64,000 nt of DNA, taken from assembly GCA_963700285.1 (NCBI GenBank), contig CAVOXA010000010.1, positions 448,001 through 512,000 on the forward strand. Direction: 5' to 3'. Every line of letters starts with the position of its first letter. The stretch's first letter is position 1. The notes beneath the pieces were generated by a model that saw nothing but the letters and a program-made list of their open reading frames with translations, ran no database searches and was not told where the DNA came from. This document shows positions 37,736 through 48,668 of this stretch, one piece after another. The stretch comes from an uncultured Chloroflexia bacterium (lineage in GTDB: Bacteria; Chloroflexota; Anaerolineae; JAAYZQ01). A program made the position numbers and the translations under genes.

Positions 37736-39217
37736 TTGGCTGAAAAGCTTCCAAATATCCTGCTGATCATCACCGACCAGCAGCGCACGGATACCCTGGG
37801 CTTCAGGGGGAAGACCCCATGCCGCACCCCCAACATGGACCGCCTCGCGCGCGAGGGCATTTCGTTTGACCGCGCCATCTGCTCCAGCCCGCTCTGCCTG
37901 CCGTCGCGGGCCTCCATCTTTACGGGCCAGTATCCACACCAGGTCAATATGATGCAGAACAACGACACGATCCGCACCGAGCCCACGTTGACCGACCGCC
38001 TGCGGGCGCGCGGTTACTATACGGGCTACGCAGGCAAATGGCACATGGAGCCCGATGGCCAACCGAAGGCATTTAGAGGCAGAGAAGAGGAATTGGGCCT
38101 GGCAAAAGTGCATGGCGGCGTGGTCATGCCCAAAGGAGAAAGGGCCATCGATCGCTGGTTTGACATCGCCGACGGCCAGGGCACCTACGATTATTCAGTC
38201 TGGTGCGAGGAACAGGGACTGCCCGACGGCTGGCCGGTATCAGATCCGGACGTGCGCACCCACCGCACACCCTCGATGAGCATCCCTAAACCCAAAGTTC
38301 AGGATCTCCCGGCCGACAAGACCTTTGACGCCTGGGTGACCGACATGACCCTTCGTTTCTACCACGGACGCCCCAAGGACAAACCCTTCTTCCTGGTGAG
38401 TGGTTGGTTCGGCCCTCACCCGCCTTTTTTGATCCCCGAGCCATTCTTCAGCATGTACGACCCGGCCTGCATTCCGGAGCCGCCAAACTTTGGGCCGCTG
38501 CCGGGCAAACCCCAGGCAAACACCAGCAGCTTCTACCACCAACTCTGGCTGGACCACGGCCAGGACTGGGAAGCCTGGAAAAAGCCGGTAGCGGTATACT
38601 GGGGCTATGTCACCATGATGGACGCTCTGGTCGGCCGGCTGCTCAGTGCCCTCGAAGAGGACCAGGTCCTCGACGATACGCTGGTCATTTTCATGTCCGA
38701 CCATGGTGAGATGCTGGGTAGCCATGGGCTATGGCACAAGATGATGCCCTATGAAGAGTGTTTGCGCGTGCCACTGCTGATGCGCTTGCCCGGCCGCATC
38801 GAGCCCGGCGTCCGCAGCCAGGCCGTGAACTCCTTGATCGACGTGCCGGCTACCATCCTGTCTCTGATTGGCGAGCAGGTGCCGGAAGAATATGTGGGGC
38901 GAGATCTTTCGCCCGCTTTCCGGGACGGCTCCGTGTTCCAGGAGGATGCCTACCGCTTCTCTGAGCACAAGCCTCTGGGCGAATGGCACGGCACCGTGGA
39001 ATGGAGGCTGGTGGTTGACGACCGGTTCAAGTATGCCTGGAACCAAAACGACCTGGACGAGCTGTACGATCTACAGGCCGACCCCTACGAGGTAATCAAC
39101 CTGAGCCACGACCCAGACTACAGACAGGAACGCGAGCGGCTCCGGAAACGACTGCGTCGCTGGATGGAAGAAACGAACGATCCGCTCCTGGACTGCTTCG
39201 ACCGGCAGAAGGCATGA
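37736..39217 (+). CDS. Sulfatase-like hydrolase (Cys-type motif)
   Basis: PNILLIITDQ, CLPSRASIFTG, GKWH, SDHGE, ELYDL..DPYE; TTG start behind AAGGAG. Confidence 0.9.
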   Translation: MAEKLPNILLIITDQQRTDTLGFRGKTPCRTPNMDRLAREGISFDRAICSSPLCLPSRASIFTGQYPHQVNMMQNNDTIRTEPTLTDRLRARGYYTGYAGKWHMEPDGQPKAFRGREEELGLAKVHGGVVMPKGERAIDRWFDIADGQGTYDYSVWCEEQGLPDGWPVSDPDVRTHRTPSMSIPKPKVQDLPADKTFDAWVTDMTLRFYHGRPKDKPFFLVSGWFGPHPPFLIPEPFFSMYDPACIPEPPNFGPLPGKPQANTSSFYHQLWLDHGQDWEAWKKPVAVYWGYVTMMDALVGRLLSALEEDQVLDDTLVIFMSDHGEMLGSHGLWHKMMPYEECLRVPLLMRLPGRIEPGVRSQAVNSLIDVPATILSLIGEQVPEEYVGRDLSPAFRDGSVFQEDAYRFSEHKPLGEWHGTVEWRLVVDDRFKYAWNQNDLDELYDLQADPYEVINLSHDPDYRQERERLRKRLRRWMEETNDPLLDCFDRQKA

Positions 39218-39288
39218 ACAAGTGAGCGTCCAGTCCTGGGCCAGAATCGTGGGTACCAAACTGGACAAGAATGGAGTATAATATCATC

Positions 39289-40456
39289 ATGCACATCATT
39301 GACCAAGGCGTCATTTTTGACGCATCCATGGCTGCGCCCGAAGCCCGTTTCTGCACTTTCACCACGCTGGAGCGATTGAGCGATGGCCGGTTGCTTGCCG
39401 GGTTCCGTACCGGCAGCGCCAAGGACTCTGCTGATGAGAGCATCCGCATCCTGCTCAGCCAGGACGATGGGGCCACCTGGCAGACAGTGTGCGAGGGGTT
39501 TGGCGAGATCCCGCCTGGCAGTGGGGGGCGCCTCCGGGCGGTAGGATTCACAGAGACCGGTCCCGGACGGCTGCTCGGGGTGTTCATGTGGATGGACCGC
39601 TCAGACCCCAGCCTGCCACTGGCCAGTCCCGAGACCCAGGGCATTCTTCCCTCCAAGGTCTTGGTCGCGGAATCGGAGGACGGAGGACACGACTGGGGTC
39701 CCATGCGCGAGGTGCCCCTGCTGCCGCACAAGGGCAACGCCGTTACGGGCAACATTCTGGCCCTGCGCGACGGCGTCCTGGCCCTACCCTACGAAGCCTG
39801 GAAGGAATATCACGACACCGGCCCAGGCCAGCATCACGCCGCACTGCGCCTCTCCTCCAATGGGGGGCGAACATGGACGAGGTCCCGAGATCGTAGCCCA
39901 CGACACCCAGGGCCGCCTGTTGTTCTGGGATCAGCGCCTGGCGGTCAACCCGAAGGATGGCCGGCTCATCGCCATGTTCTGGACGCATGACCGGGAAGCG
40001 CAGCAGGATGTAGCCATTCACGTGGCCTGGGGGTCGACGGATGGCAGATCGTGGAGCGCGCCCGTTTCGACGGGCATCGCCGGCCAGATCTGCGTGCCGC
40101 TCTGGCTGCCGGGCGGGCGGGTATTTGCGGCCTATGTTCACCGCCACCATCCACCCAGCCTGAGGGCCATTCTGAGCAATGACGTTGCCAGCGGGAGCGC
40201 TGGGCAGAGCTGGCCCGAGGCTGAGGAACTGGTCTTTTATGAAAAAGCGCGAGGCGGGCAAGAATCAGGCATGGGCGGCAAGCGTGACTTTGGCGACTAT
40301 TGGGCTGACATGAGCATCTGGACCTTTGGGCACCCTGCTGCAGTGGTTCTGGCAGACTCGCATGGCTCAGAGAATGGTGACGTCTTGGTCGCCTACTATG
40401 CCGGCGACGAAGCGTCCATGAGCATACACTGGGTGCGGATCGATGTCTCCAGGTAG
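39289..40456 (+). CDS. Sialidase-like Asp-box protein; +1 frameshift near 39880
   Basis: Asp boxes SQDDGATW, SEDGGHDW, SSNGGRTW in the 39271 frame; continues in the 39860 frame with GPEIVAHD...STDGRSW...FGHP. Confidence 0.75.
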
Positions 40457-40548
40457 TTGATCACCTTGCCAACCCGCAGGTTGGGGAACGATTGGGAGCC
40501 TGTTATCCTTTCTTGTTTGGTACGGATCGATGATGTCCCAGGGAGGGT

Positions 40549-41916
40549 ATGATGGACAGAGTATACGCTTATATCGATGCCCACATCGAGCGCAGGATCG
40601 GGCTGCTGGAGCGGCTCTGCCGCCAGCCCAGCATCTCGGCCCACGGGGTGGGTCTGGTAGAAATGGCCGAGTTAACGGCCGAGGTCATGCGCGAGTATGG
40701 CCTCGATGCCGAGCTGCTGCCGGTGGATGGCGGCCCTCCGCTGGTATATGCCGAGGTCGCCGGGCGCTCGCCGCGGACGCTTCTTTTTTACAACCATTAT
40801 GACGTACAGCCCGCTGACCCGCTGGATGAATGGACATCACCCCCCTTTGAACCCGCCCGTCGCGAGGGAAAGCTCTTTGCCCGGGGCGTCAGCGACAACA
40901 AAGGCGACCTGGCTGTACGCCTGGAGGCCGTTGCCGCCTTGCGAGAGGTACACGGTGAACTTCCCCTCACAATCAAGTTCCTGGCAGAAGGCGAGGAGGA
41001 AAGCGGCAGCCCAAACTTTCCGGCAGCAGTGCGGGCGTACAAGGACAAGCTGGCGGCCGACGTCTGTTTGAGCGAGGGGACCGGCATCGGGCCGGATGGG
41101 AACCCGTCGCTGGTACTAGGCGTCAAGGGCATGTTGTACGTAGAGCTTTCAATCCAGACAGCGCAGGTGGATGCCCACTCGGCCTACGCCACGGTGGTAC
41201 CCAGCGCAGCATGGGCGCTGGTATCCGCCTTGGACTCCCTCAGGCAGCCCGATGGCCGTGTGGCCATCAATGGCTTTTACGACGCGGTACGGCCCCTGAC
41301 GGCCCAGGAAAAGGAGGCACTGGCGGCGATACCAGATACCTCTGGGGCGCTGCGCAAAGCGCTGGGGCTTGAGGCATTCCTGGATGATCTCCGGGGTTAT
41401 GCCTGGCAGGAGAGGCTGTACGGCGCCCCCACCTGCAACATCTGCGGACTGGAAACTGGCTACACTGGACCCGGTCTAAAGACCGTACTGCCGGCCAGAG
41501 CCCGGGCCAAGGTGGATTTCCGACTGGTACCCGACCAGAAGCCGCAAGAGATACTGGCCCAACTGCGCGCCCACCTGGACCACCACGGCTTTTCCCATGT
41601 CGATATCAAGCCCATTGCAGACCACGAACGCGCCGTACGCACGCCGGTAGATGACCCGTGGGTGCGGACAACAGCCCGGGTCGCGGAAGCATTCTATGGC
41701 AAGTCACCCGAGATTGCCATCAACAGCCCCGGAACCGCGCCCATGGATGTGCTGGTAGACGAGGTGACAACCTCGCTGCTCTTTGCACCGGGTGGGGCGG
41801 GCTATGAGGGCTCGCGCATCCATGCACCGGACGAGCACATCCGCCTCTCCGACCTGACGGAGGCCACAAAGATGACGGCTCTTCTGCTGAAGCAATTCGG
41901 AGGTAAAATCCCATGA
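40549..41916 (+). CDS. M20/M25/M40 family metallopeptidase/deacylase
   Basis: YNHYDVQP, ARGVSDNKG, EGEEESGS, HAPDE. Confidence 0.9.
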   Translation: MMDRVYAYIDAHIERRIGLLERLCRQPSISAHGVGLVEMAELTAEVMREYGLDAELLPVDGGPPLVYAEVAGRSPRTLLFYNHYDVQPADPLDEWTSPPFEPARREGKLFARGVSDNKGDLAVRLEAVAALREVHGELPLTIKFLAEGEEESGSPNFPAAVRAYKDKLAADVCLSEGTGIGPDGNPSLVLGVKGMLYVELSIQTAQVDAHSAYATVVPSAAWALVSALDSLRQPDGRVAINGFYDAVRPLTAQEKEALAAIPDTSGALRKALGLEAFLDDLRGYAWQERLYGAPTCNICGLETGYTGPGLKTVLPARARAKVDFRLVPDQKPQEILAQLRAHLDHHGFSHVDIKPIADHERAVRTPVDDPWVRTTARVAEAFYGKSPEIAINSPGTAPMDVLVDEVTTSLLFAPGGAGYEGSRIHAPDEHIRLSDLTEATKMTALLLKQFGGKIP

Positions 41917-42944
41917 AAATCGCAATGCTTCACGGTCCCCGGGATCTGCGCATCGAGGAGCAGCAACTGGACACCGGCGACCTGAAACCGGATGTGGTCT
42001 GGGTTGAAACCCAGATCACGGCCTTCAAAATCGGGACGGACCGGGGCAACTATGAGGGCGCGGAACGGGTACCCGGCGCGCCCGACTACCCACGCTGGGT
42101 TGGAGACAGCAACCTGGGCATCGTGCGGAGCGTAGGCTCTGCCGTGACGCGCCTTGCGGTGGGCGACCGGGTCGTGACACGACAGCCCCACCAATCCGAG
42201 TTCCTCATCGCCCAGGACGCCGGCGTCGTCAAGGTGCCCGACGGTGTACACCCGGAGGACGCGGTCTATACCAATCTCTATGCCCTCAGCGCCCACTGCT
42301 ATCGCAAAGCCCTCTTTCAGCCTGGGGAAAACGTGGCCATCGTTGGGCTGGGAGTGCTCGGCCTGGGCGCCGTGGCCTTGGGTCCGCTCATTGGGGCGCG
42401 TGTGGTTGGGCTGGGCAGTAGCCCCATTCGGCTGGAGATGGCCGAGCGCATGGGAGTTCACGCGGCCTATCTGTCCGATGATCCTGACCTGGAGGCAAAA
42501 CTGGCCGAGTTCAGCGGCGGGCAGGGCATCGATCTGGTGATCCTCACGGCCAACCCCTGGCCCGCCTATCGCAGGGCCGTGGAGATTGTGCGGCCCGGCG
42601 GCCGGGTTTCCATCGTCAGCCTGCCGGGAAGAGGGGAAAACCCACTGGACTTCAATCCGCTGGCAATGGACTGGTTCTATCGTAAGGGTATCTCCCTGAT
42701 TGCCGTGTCTGGACCGGCCGGCTACCTGTACCCCCAGGCTTCCGGACAGGCTGCCACGGTGAAAAACCGGTTTTCCTCCGACCGGGCCAACGACTTCGTC
42801 CTGTCCCTGATGGCCGATGGGCGTCTGGAACCCAAGCGGCTGATCACACACCGCTTTCACTATTCCGAGATGGTCAAGGCCTACGAAATGGCTTATCACC
42901 GGGAAAAATCGATGATGGGGGTTATTTTCCAGTGGCAGAATTAG
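41913..42944 (+). CDS. MDR-family dehydrogenase (catalytic-zinc motif altered)
   Basis: KIGTD and VGDS replace the usual CGSD/GHE; GLGVLG Rossmann motif; LITHRF. Confidence 0.8.
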   Translation: MKIAMLHGPRDLRIEEQQLDTGDLKPDVVWVETQITAFKIGTDRGNYEGAERVPGAPDYPRWVGDSNLGIVRSVGSAVTRLAVGDRVVTRQPHQSEFLIAQDAGVVKVPDGVHPEDAVYTNLYALSAHCYRKALFQPGENVAIVGLGVLGLGAVALGPLIGARVVGLGSSPIRLEMAERMGVHAAYLSDDPDLEAKLAEFSGGQGIDLVILTANPWPAYRRAVEIVRPGGRVSIVSLPGRGENPLDFNPLAMDWFYRKGISLIAVSGPAGYLYPQASGQAATVKNRFSSDRANDFVLSLMADGRLEPKRLITHRFHYSEMVKAYEMAYHREKSMMGVIFQWQN

Positions 42945-42986
42945 GACGTCTGGCTCACAACTTGAGCGAAACGGAGGGTTGCTGAG

Positions 42987-44036
42987 GTGAACTACCGTGC
43001 AGCCGTGATCGGCACGGGACAGCCCGGCCTGTACCAAATGCAGTCCTATGCCCGGAACCCGCGTACCGAGTTGGTTGCCGCTTGGGGGCGAAATGAGGCC
43101 CAGCTAGCCCGGGTACAGCAAGAATACGACCTGTCTCTGGCAACCATCGACCTGGAGGAAATTTTGGCACGCAAGGACGTGGACTGCGTCTCCATTTGCG
43201 CGCCCAATCAGCTCCACGCAGACTGGTCCGAGCGGGCGCTGCGGGCGGGCAAGCACGTTTTCTGCGAAGCACCCATGGTCCCACGCCGGCTCGACGCAGA
43301 AAAGATGATCCGGGCCGTAGAAGAAACCGGACTCGTTCTTATGGTAGGCCAGATCGATCGCTTTGAGCCGGCCTTCATCCACATCAAACGGATGGTGGAA
43401 GCTAGAGAATTGGGACGCCCATTCCTGGCCGAGTCCAGGTTCCTGGGACGCGGCTGGACCCGCCACAAGCCACTGGACTGGTGGGGCCGGGACGCGGCAA
43501 ACCCCCAGATCGCTCTGGTCAGCCTGGGCTGCTTTTCCATCAGCTTGCTGCGCTGGGTGATGGGACCCATCACCGAGGTATCGGCCTACGCGACCCGCCA
43601 GGGATGGCCCGGCCAGGCGCACGACGACACGGTGACCATGAATCTGCGTTTCGAGGGCGGTGCATTGGGTCGGGTACTGGTCAGCGAGGCAACCCAACAG
43701 CCCTACGCTCTGGACCTGACAGTCTATGGCGATGAGGGCACGATCGTCAACAACCAACTGGCCAGCAACCGCTGGCTGGACGTGGGCCGCGATGAGTTCC
43801 TGGAGCTGCCCATCCCGCTGATTGCCTGGGAGGAATATCCCGATCCAGCAATCCAGTCCCTGTTCGACGCCGAGATCGAGGCTTTTGTGGAGAGTATCGG
43901 CGCAGGCGCCCCTCCGCCGGTGGATGTCCACGAGGGAGCAGCTATCGCTGCAGCTCTCGATGCTGCGGCAGAGTCAATAGCCAAGGGCAAGCCGGTGAAC
44001 CTGTCAGACTGGTGGCCCTTGACTGCTCAACAATAG
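42987..44036 (+). CDS. Gfo/Idh/MocA family oxidoreductase
   Basis: AAVIGTG, VSICAPNQLH, AGKHVFCEAP, MVGQIDRF. Confidence 0.85.
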   Translation: MNYRAAVIGTGQPGLYQMQSYARNPRTELVAAWGRNEAQLARVQQEYDLSLATIDLEEILARKDVDCVSICAPNQLHADWSERALRAGKHVFCEAPMVPRRLDAEKMIRAVEETGLVLMVGQIDRFEPAFIHIKRMVEARELGRPFLAESRFLGRGWTRHKPLDWWGRDAANPQIALVSLGCFSISLLRWVMGPITEVSAYATRQGWPGQAHDDTVTMNLRFEGGALGRVLVSEATQQPYALDLTVYGDEGTIVNNQLASNRWLDVGRDEFLELPIPLIAWEEYPDPAIQSLFDAEIEAFVESIGAGAPPPVDVHEGAAIAAALDAAAESIAKGKPVNLSDWWPLTAQQ

Positions 44037-44053
44037 CCAAAGAAGAGCAAGAC

Positions 44054-44082
44054 TTGACATGACGCCCTTCCCGTGGTAAGAT
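44054..44082 (+). promoter_or_regulatory. sigma70-type promoter with extended -10
   Basis: TTGACA (44054-59), 17-bp spacer, TGn, TAAGAT (44077-82). Confidence 0.7.
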
Positions 44083-44223
44083 AGGATGGCGTCAATTCCG
44101 TTGTGTTCCGCTTTTCGTGGCCAAATCTGCTCACTTATGTTAGTTGTTGCGTACCCATTGACCCTTGCTTTGACCTGGCGCACGCTGTGGCCCAGGTCAA
44201 GCATACGCCTCTCAACCAGGTAG

Positions 44224-45048
44224 GTGAACATAGTGATTGCCGCTGAAAGACTCGAACGTATCGCAGAGACAGTTCGTAAGAATGGGGCAGTTTCCATCAC
44301 CGATCTTAGTGCGCGCCTCGGTGTGTCTGAGGCAACCATCCGCCGCGACTTGACCAAGTTGGAGCGACAGGGCCTGTTGAAACGCACGTATGGAGGTGCG
44401 GTTGCCCGGCGTGTCTCTTCTCTCGACGCTCCGTTCGACATCCGGGAGCAACATCACGTCGCCGAAAAGCGGTCTATCGCCTTGGCTGCCGCCGCTCTGG
44501 TCTCCAGCGGAGAAACGATCGTCCTCGACGCCGGGACCACTATCGCCCACCTGGCCCACGCCCTGAGAGACCGTTTTGACCTGACCGTGATCACCAACTC
44601 GGAGCGGGTCATGAACGAACTCTACGATTGCAGTGGGGTAACGGTCGTGGTCACGGGAGGAGAACTCCGCCCTCTCAGCGGGTTGCCTTCAAGGGGTGAC
44701 ATCTGTATGGTGGGCCCCATCGCCGAGGAGGTCCTGCGCCGCTTCCGTCCCTCCAAAGTTTTCCTGGGTACCGCAGGCATCACCGTGCGCGAAGGCATGT
44801 CGAACACGAACCTACCTCAGTCTCAGATCAAGCGTATCATGGCCCAGGTCTCTGAAGAGGTGATCCTGCTGACCGACCACACCAAGTTTGGGCACGTCTC
44901 CTACTCTATCGTTTCGCCCGTGGATGTGTTGGACAAGGTCATCACTGACTGCGGCATCAGCTCCGAGGACAAAGCGGCCTTGGAAGAACGGGGAATAGAA
45001 GTCGTCGTGGTAGAGCCATTCCCGAACAGCTTTTCTTCGATAGCCTGA
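44224..45048 (+). CDS. DeoR/GlpR family transcriptional regulator
   Basis: HTH LGVSEATIRRDL..LE..G...RTYGGA; LDAGTT, TVITNS, DHTKFG. Confidence 0.95.
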   Translation: MNIVIAAERLERIAETVRKNGAVSITDLSARLGVSEATIRRDLTKLERQGLLKRTYGGAVARRVSSLDAPFDIREQHHVAEKRSIALAAAALVSSGETIVLDAGTTIAHLAHALRDRFDLTVITNSERVMNELYDCSGVTVVVTGGELRPLSGLPSRGDICMVGPIAEEVLRRFRPSKVFLGTAGITVREGMSNTNLPQSQIKRIMAQVSEEVILLTDHTKFGHVSYSIVSPVDVLDKVITDCGISSEDKAALEERGIEVVVVEPFPNSFSSIA

Positions 45049-45121
45049 CGATAGCACGGCCACGCCCTGGATGTTGAGGGCTTGCCGGCTCCAGTTTTTT
45101 GTGGTCGAGGGACCACCAAGC

Positions 45122-46594
45122 ATGGACACGCTGCTGGGTATAGATCTGGGGACCACCGGTATCAAAGCAGCCATCTGCACACCTGATGGCCATCTGTTGG
45201 GCGACAGCTATCTGGAGTACCCGCTCATCAGGCCGGAGCCCGGCGTTGTGGAACAGGATGCTGACCTGTGGTGGGCGCTGGCCCAAGATGCGATCCGCCA
45301 GGCCATACTTGACGCCCAGGTACAGGGACGTACCGTCCGGGCCCTCAGCGTCAGCTCCCAGGGCATCTCATTCGTACCTGTGGACAAGGCGGGCCAGACC
45401 CTCAGCCTGTCCATCAACTGGTTGGACTCGCGGGCCACAGCCGAGGCAGCAGCCATCCGCCAGCGCTACTCGGACGCCGATCTATTCAACCTCACCGGCA
45501 AGCGCGCCAGCCCGTCCTACGTCCTGCCCAAGCTCCTTTGGCTTTGTAACCACGATCCTCAGACCTACCGCCGCACGCACAAGTTCCTCATGGGGCATGA
45601 TTTCCTGGTCTTCAAACTGACCGGAGAGTATGTGACCGACCACTCTATGGCAGGCGGCACACTGCTTTACGATATCGCTGAGATGGCCTGGAGCAGGGAA
45701 CTGGCCGAGGCGTTCCAGATCGATATCAGGCAACTGCCCGTCGTTGCATGGTCAGGTACCCCGGTGGGCACACTCAAGCCTGGTGTTGCCCAGGAGTTAG
45801 GCCTCAGCAAAGAGACAGTCGTGGCCGTAGGTGGGCAGGATCAGAAATGCGCTGCCTTGGGTGCCAACATCCGGCCTGGTGTGGCGACGGTCTCATTGGG
45901 CACGGCCTCTGCTATCTCTTGCCTCACCGACCGGCCGCTGCTTGACCCTGGACGACGCATTCCGACCTTTCCCTTCGTGGTGCGCGGCTATTGGGACCTG
46001 GAAGGCGTGGTGAGCACGGCCGGTGGTGCGTTCCGCTGGCTGAAAGAGACCTTGTTCCCAGAGGCCAGCTATGACACGCTGGCCGGCATGGCGTCCCAAT
46101 CGCTCCCGGGGGCGAATGGCGTTTGCTTCTATCCCCACCTCTCGGGGGCAGGCTCTCCCCACTGGCAAGCCGACACGTGGGGTACTTTTGGTGGGCTGAG
46201 CCTGGCCGTCACTGCCAAAGACATCGTCCGTAGCGTACTGGAAGGGGTTGCCTTCCAGATCCGGGAGAACCTGGAGATCATGGAAGGCATTGACATCCCT
46301 GTTGAAGAGCTGATCCTCTTTGGCGGGGGCGCTCAGAGCGCATTCTGGTCACAGATGATCAGCGACATTGCAGGCAAGCCCGTGTCCGCCACCGGGATGG
46401 TGGACGTGGCCAACTGGGGGGCCTGTATCCTGGCTGGCGCAGCCGCCGGCATCCTTGACGGCGACATTTTGACGCAACCGGAAGCCGGTGACATGCTTGG
46501 ACGCTGGTCGCCCCGGCCCGATTCGGTCGCCCGCTATGACGAGGTCTACCAGCACTACCGGCTCTTTGAAGAGCGGCTGTTCAACAAGAACTGA
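45122..46594 (+). CDS. FGGY family carbohydrate kinase (xylulokinase-like)
   Basis: LGIDLGTTGIK, WLDSR, GGQDQ, SLGT, LEGVAF, GGGAQS. Confidence 0.9.
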   Translation: MDTLLGIDLGTTGIKAAICTPDGHLLGDSYLEYPLIRPEPGVVEQDADLWWALAQDAIRQAILDAQVQGRTVRALSVSSQGISFVPVDKAGQTLSLSINWLDSRATAEAAAIRQRYSDADLFNLTGKRASPSYVLPKLLWLCNHDPQTYRRTHKFLMGHDFLVFKLTGEYVTDHSMAGGTLLYDIAEMAWSRELAEAFQIDIRQLPVVAWSGTPVGTLKPGVAQELGLSKETVVAVGGQDQKCAALGANIRPGVATVSLGTASAISCLTDRPLLDPGRRIPTFPFVVRGYWDLEGVVSTAGGAFRWLKETLFPEASYDTLAGMASQSLPGANGVCFYPHLSGAGSPHWQADTWGTFGGLSLAVTAKDIVRSVLEGVAFQIRENLEIMEGIDIPVEELILFGGGAQSAFWSQMISDIAGKPVSATGMVDVANWGACILAGAAAGILDGDILTQPEAGDMLGRWSPRPDSVARYDEVYQHYRLFEERLFNKN

Positions 46595-46606
46595 GGGTAA
46601 GTTGCG

Positions 46607-47155
46607 ATGCTTGGCGTACAGGACTATATCGGCTACTATGATTGGACCTTTGAATACTTGAACCAGACCTATGGCGAACAGTCCGTATGGGCTTATTGGG
46701 CCAAGCCCAATCCCCATCTCATGCGGCTGTTCCGCGACCGCGGTTTGGACGGGATGTACGAATATTGGCACCACACCCTCGAGATGGAGGAAGCGGGCTA
46801 TACCCTGGAGCAGACCGAGCAATATTTCCGGATCGACATGTTTGACTGCCCATCCAAGGGATATCTGATAAAGCGCGGGCTGGAAGCCTACCACGACTAT
46901 TGCGAGCACTGCATGGGCTGGATCGGTCCGCTGCTGGACGCGACCGGCTTTGTCGTCGATCACGAGCACAACCACCTGGGCCAATGCTATTGGGAGATGC
47001 ACAAGGCTGATGAGCAAGTCGTAAGCTGGGACCAACTGGAGCCACCGCCGAACCGCGGTCCCCACGATGTGCGCAACCTGGAGAACTGGGAGCAGAAAGA
47101 GCATCATCGTTACGTGAATAGCCAGTTGGCTGGAGGACAGGCGCCTGATGGATGA
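46607..47155 (+). CDS. Hypothetical four-Cys protein (V4R/ATC-hydrolase-like fold suspected), paralogue A1
   Basis: 182 aa with DCPSKG, YCEHC, HEHNH.GQC; close paralogue of the 48669 protein. Confidence 0.75.
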   Translation: MLGVQDYIGYYDWTFEYLNQTYGEQSVWAYWAKPNPHLMRLFRDRGLDGMYEYWHHTLEMEEAGYTLEQTEQYFRIDMFDCPSKGYLIKRGLEAYHDYCEHCMGWIGPLLDATGFVVDHEHNHLGQCYWEMHKADEQVVSWDQLEPPPNRGPHDVRNLENWEQKEHHRYVNSQLAGGQAPDG

Positions 47156-48233
47156 CCGCGAGCGCTTTCTGGCTCTTATGCACTACCAGGATTTTGACCA
47201 CATGCCCATTGTACACTGGGACGTGTGGCCCGAGACCCGCGAGCGCTGGATCACTGAAGGGTTGCCCGAGGACGCCGATGTGTTCGAGTACCTGGGCGCC
47301 GTGCCGCGCTGGAACTTTGTCGGGGGCAGGATCCTGGATCCCTATCCCCCTTTTGAAGAGGTGGTCTACGAGGAGACCGAGTCTTACCGCGTCTGCCTTG
47401 GCCCCGATGGAGTCATCCAGAAGGAGTGGAAGGACCGCACCGGCATCCCCCAGTTCATCGACTTTGCCTTAAAGACAGCCAGCGACTGGCCAGCGTTCAA
47501 GGAACGGTTCCTGCCGAATCCAGATCGAATCCCCAGCAGCCTGGACGCCGAAATAGCCAGGGCCGAGCAAGGCAGCGCGCCCATTGCCATTACCTTGGCC
47601 TCGATGATGGGCTGGATCCGTAATTGGATGGGCGTAGAAAACATGGCCTACCTAATTCACGACGATCCCGACGTCTATGCCGACATGGTGGACACGCTGG
47701 CCGAACTCACTTGTTGGAGCATCGATCAGGTTCTGCCCCGATTAAAGACCGGGGCAGCCCTGGGTGTCGGCTGGGAGGACATCTGCTTCAGGAGCGGGCC
47801 GCTCATCAATCCCAGATTCTTTGAGCGCTACGTTGCGGCCGGCTATGAAAAGATGGGCAGAAAGCTCGGCACCTACGGCGTCGACCTCATGGCCATCGAT
47901 TGCGACGGGTTGATCGAACCGCTCCTGGACCCCTGGCTCGAGGCCGGCGTGAACGTACACTACCCGGTTGAGATCGGCGTCTGGAAGGCCGATCCCATCG
48001 CGCTCCGGAATAAGTTTGGCAGGAGACTACGCATGGTGGGCGGGTTTAACAAGATGACCCTGGAGCAGGGCCCGGCGGCCATCGACGCCGAGATCGAACG
48101 CCGGATTCCCCTGGTACGGGATGGGGGATATATCATCATGCCCGATCACCACATCACGCCGGGCGTTTCCCTGGAGAACTACCAGTACTATCTAGGCCGC
48201 TTGCACGAGCTGTCGCAAGAAGGCCTGCTGTAG
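47148..48233 (+). CDS. UroD/MtaA-like protein
   Basis: 361 aa: MDDRERFLA, RNWMGVE, WEDICF, IDCDG, GGFNK, MPDHHI, SLENY. Confidence 0.85.
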   Translation: MDDRERFLALMHYQDFDHMPIVHWDVWPETRERWITEGLPEDADVFEYLGAVPRWNFVGGRILDPYPPFEEVVYEETESYRVCLGPDGVIQKEWKDRTGIPQFIDFALKTASDWPAFKERFLPNPDRIPSSLDAEIARAEQGSAPIAITLASMMGWIRNWMGVENMAYLIHDDPDVYADMVDTLAELTCWSIDQVLPRLKTGAALGVGWEDICFRSGPLINPRFFERYVAAGYEKMGRKLGTYGVDLMAIDCDGLIEPLLDPWLEAGVNVHYPVEIGVWKADPIALRNKFGRRLRMVGGFNKMTLEQGPAAIDAEIERRIPLVRDGGYIIMPDHHITPGVSLENYQYYLGRLHELSQEGLL

Positions 48234-48246
48234 GAGGCAAAGATCC

Positions 48247-48666
48247 ATGTCTGCAGGTGATTTCTATTATGGCATCAACGCCACCTTCCGATTCATCCAC
48301 GATACCTGGGGCAAAGAGGCCCTGGTGGATTACTGGACCTCCATGGCGCAGGAGTACCACGCCGAGGTGTCCGGCCGCTTTCGCGCCGGAGGACTGGACG
48401 AGGTAGAGCGCTACTGGAGCGACTATTTTGCCAAGGAGCCTGGAGGGAAAGTTGCAGTGCGGCAGGCCAACGGCCTGGTCGAAATCCAGGTTGACGACTG
48501 CCCCGCCATCCGCTGGCTGAAGAACGGGGAACGCGAGATCGTGCCCTACTATTGCGAGCACTGCCACTATGTTTCCACCGCCATCGCCAAAGATGCTGGT
48601 ATGACCTTCAAACTGGAGGGCGGGAATGGGACCTGCCGCCAATTCTTTGGCCTGAAGGAGGCATAA
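48247..48666 (+). CDS. Hypothetical four-Cys protein, paralogue B
   Basis: 139 aa with DDCPAI, YYCEHC, GGNGTC; GGAGG RBS. Confidence 0.75.
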   Translation: MSAGDFYYGINATFRFIHDTWGKEALVDYWTSMAQEYHAEVSGRFRAGGLDEVERYWSDYFAKEPGGKVAVRQANGLVEIQVDDCPAIRWLKNGEREIVPYYCEHCHYVSTAIAKDAGMTFKLEGGNGTCRQFFGLKEA

Positions 48667-48668
48667 CC

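Noticed and set aside
39278-39286. TATAAT just before the second sialidase-like gene
   Set aside because: No matching -35 or extended -10; a leaderless promoter is possible but unsupported.
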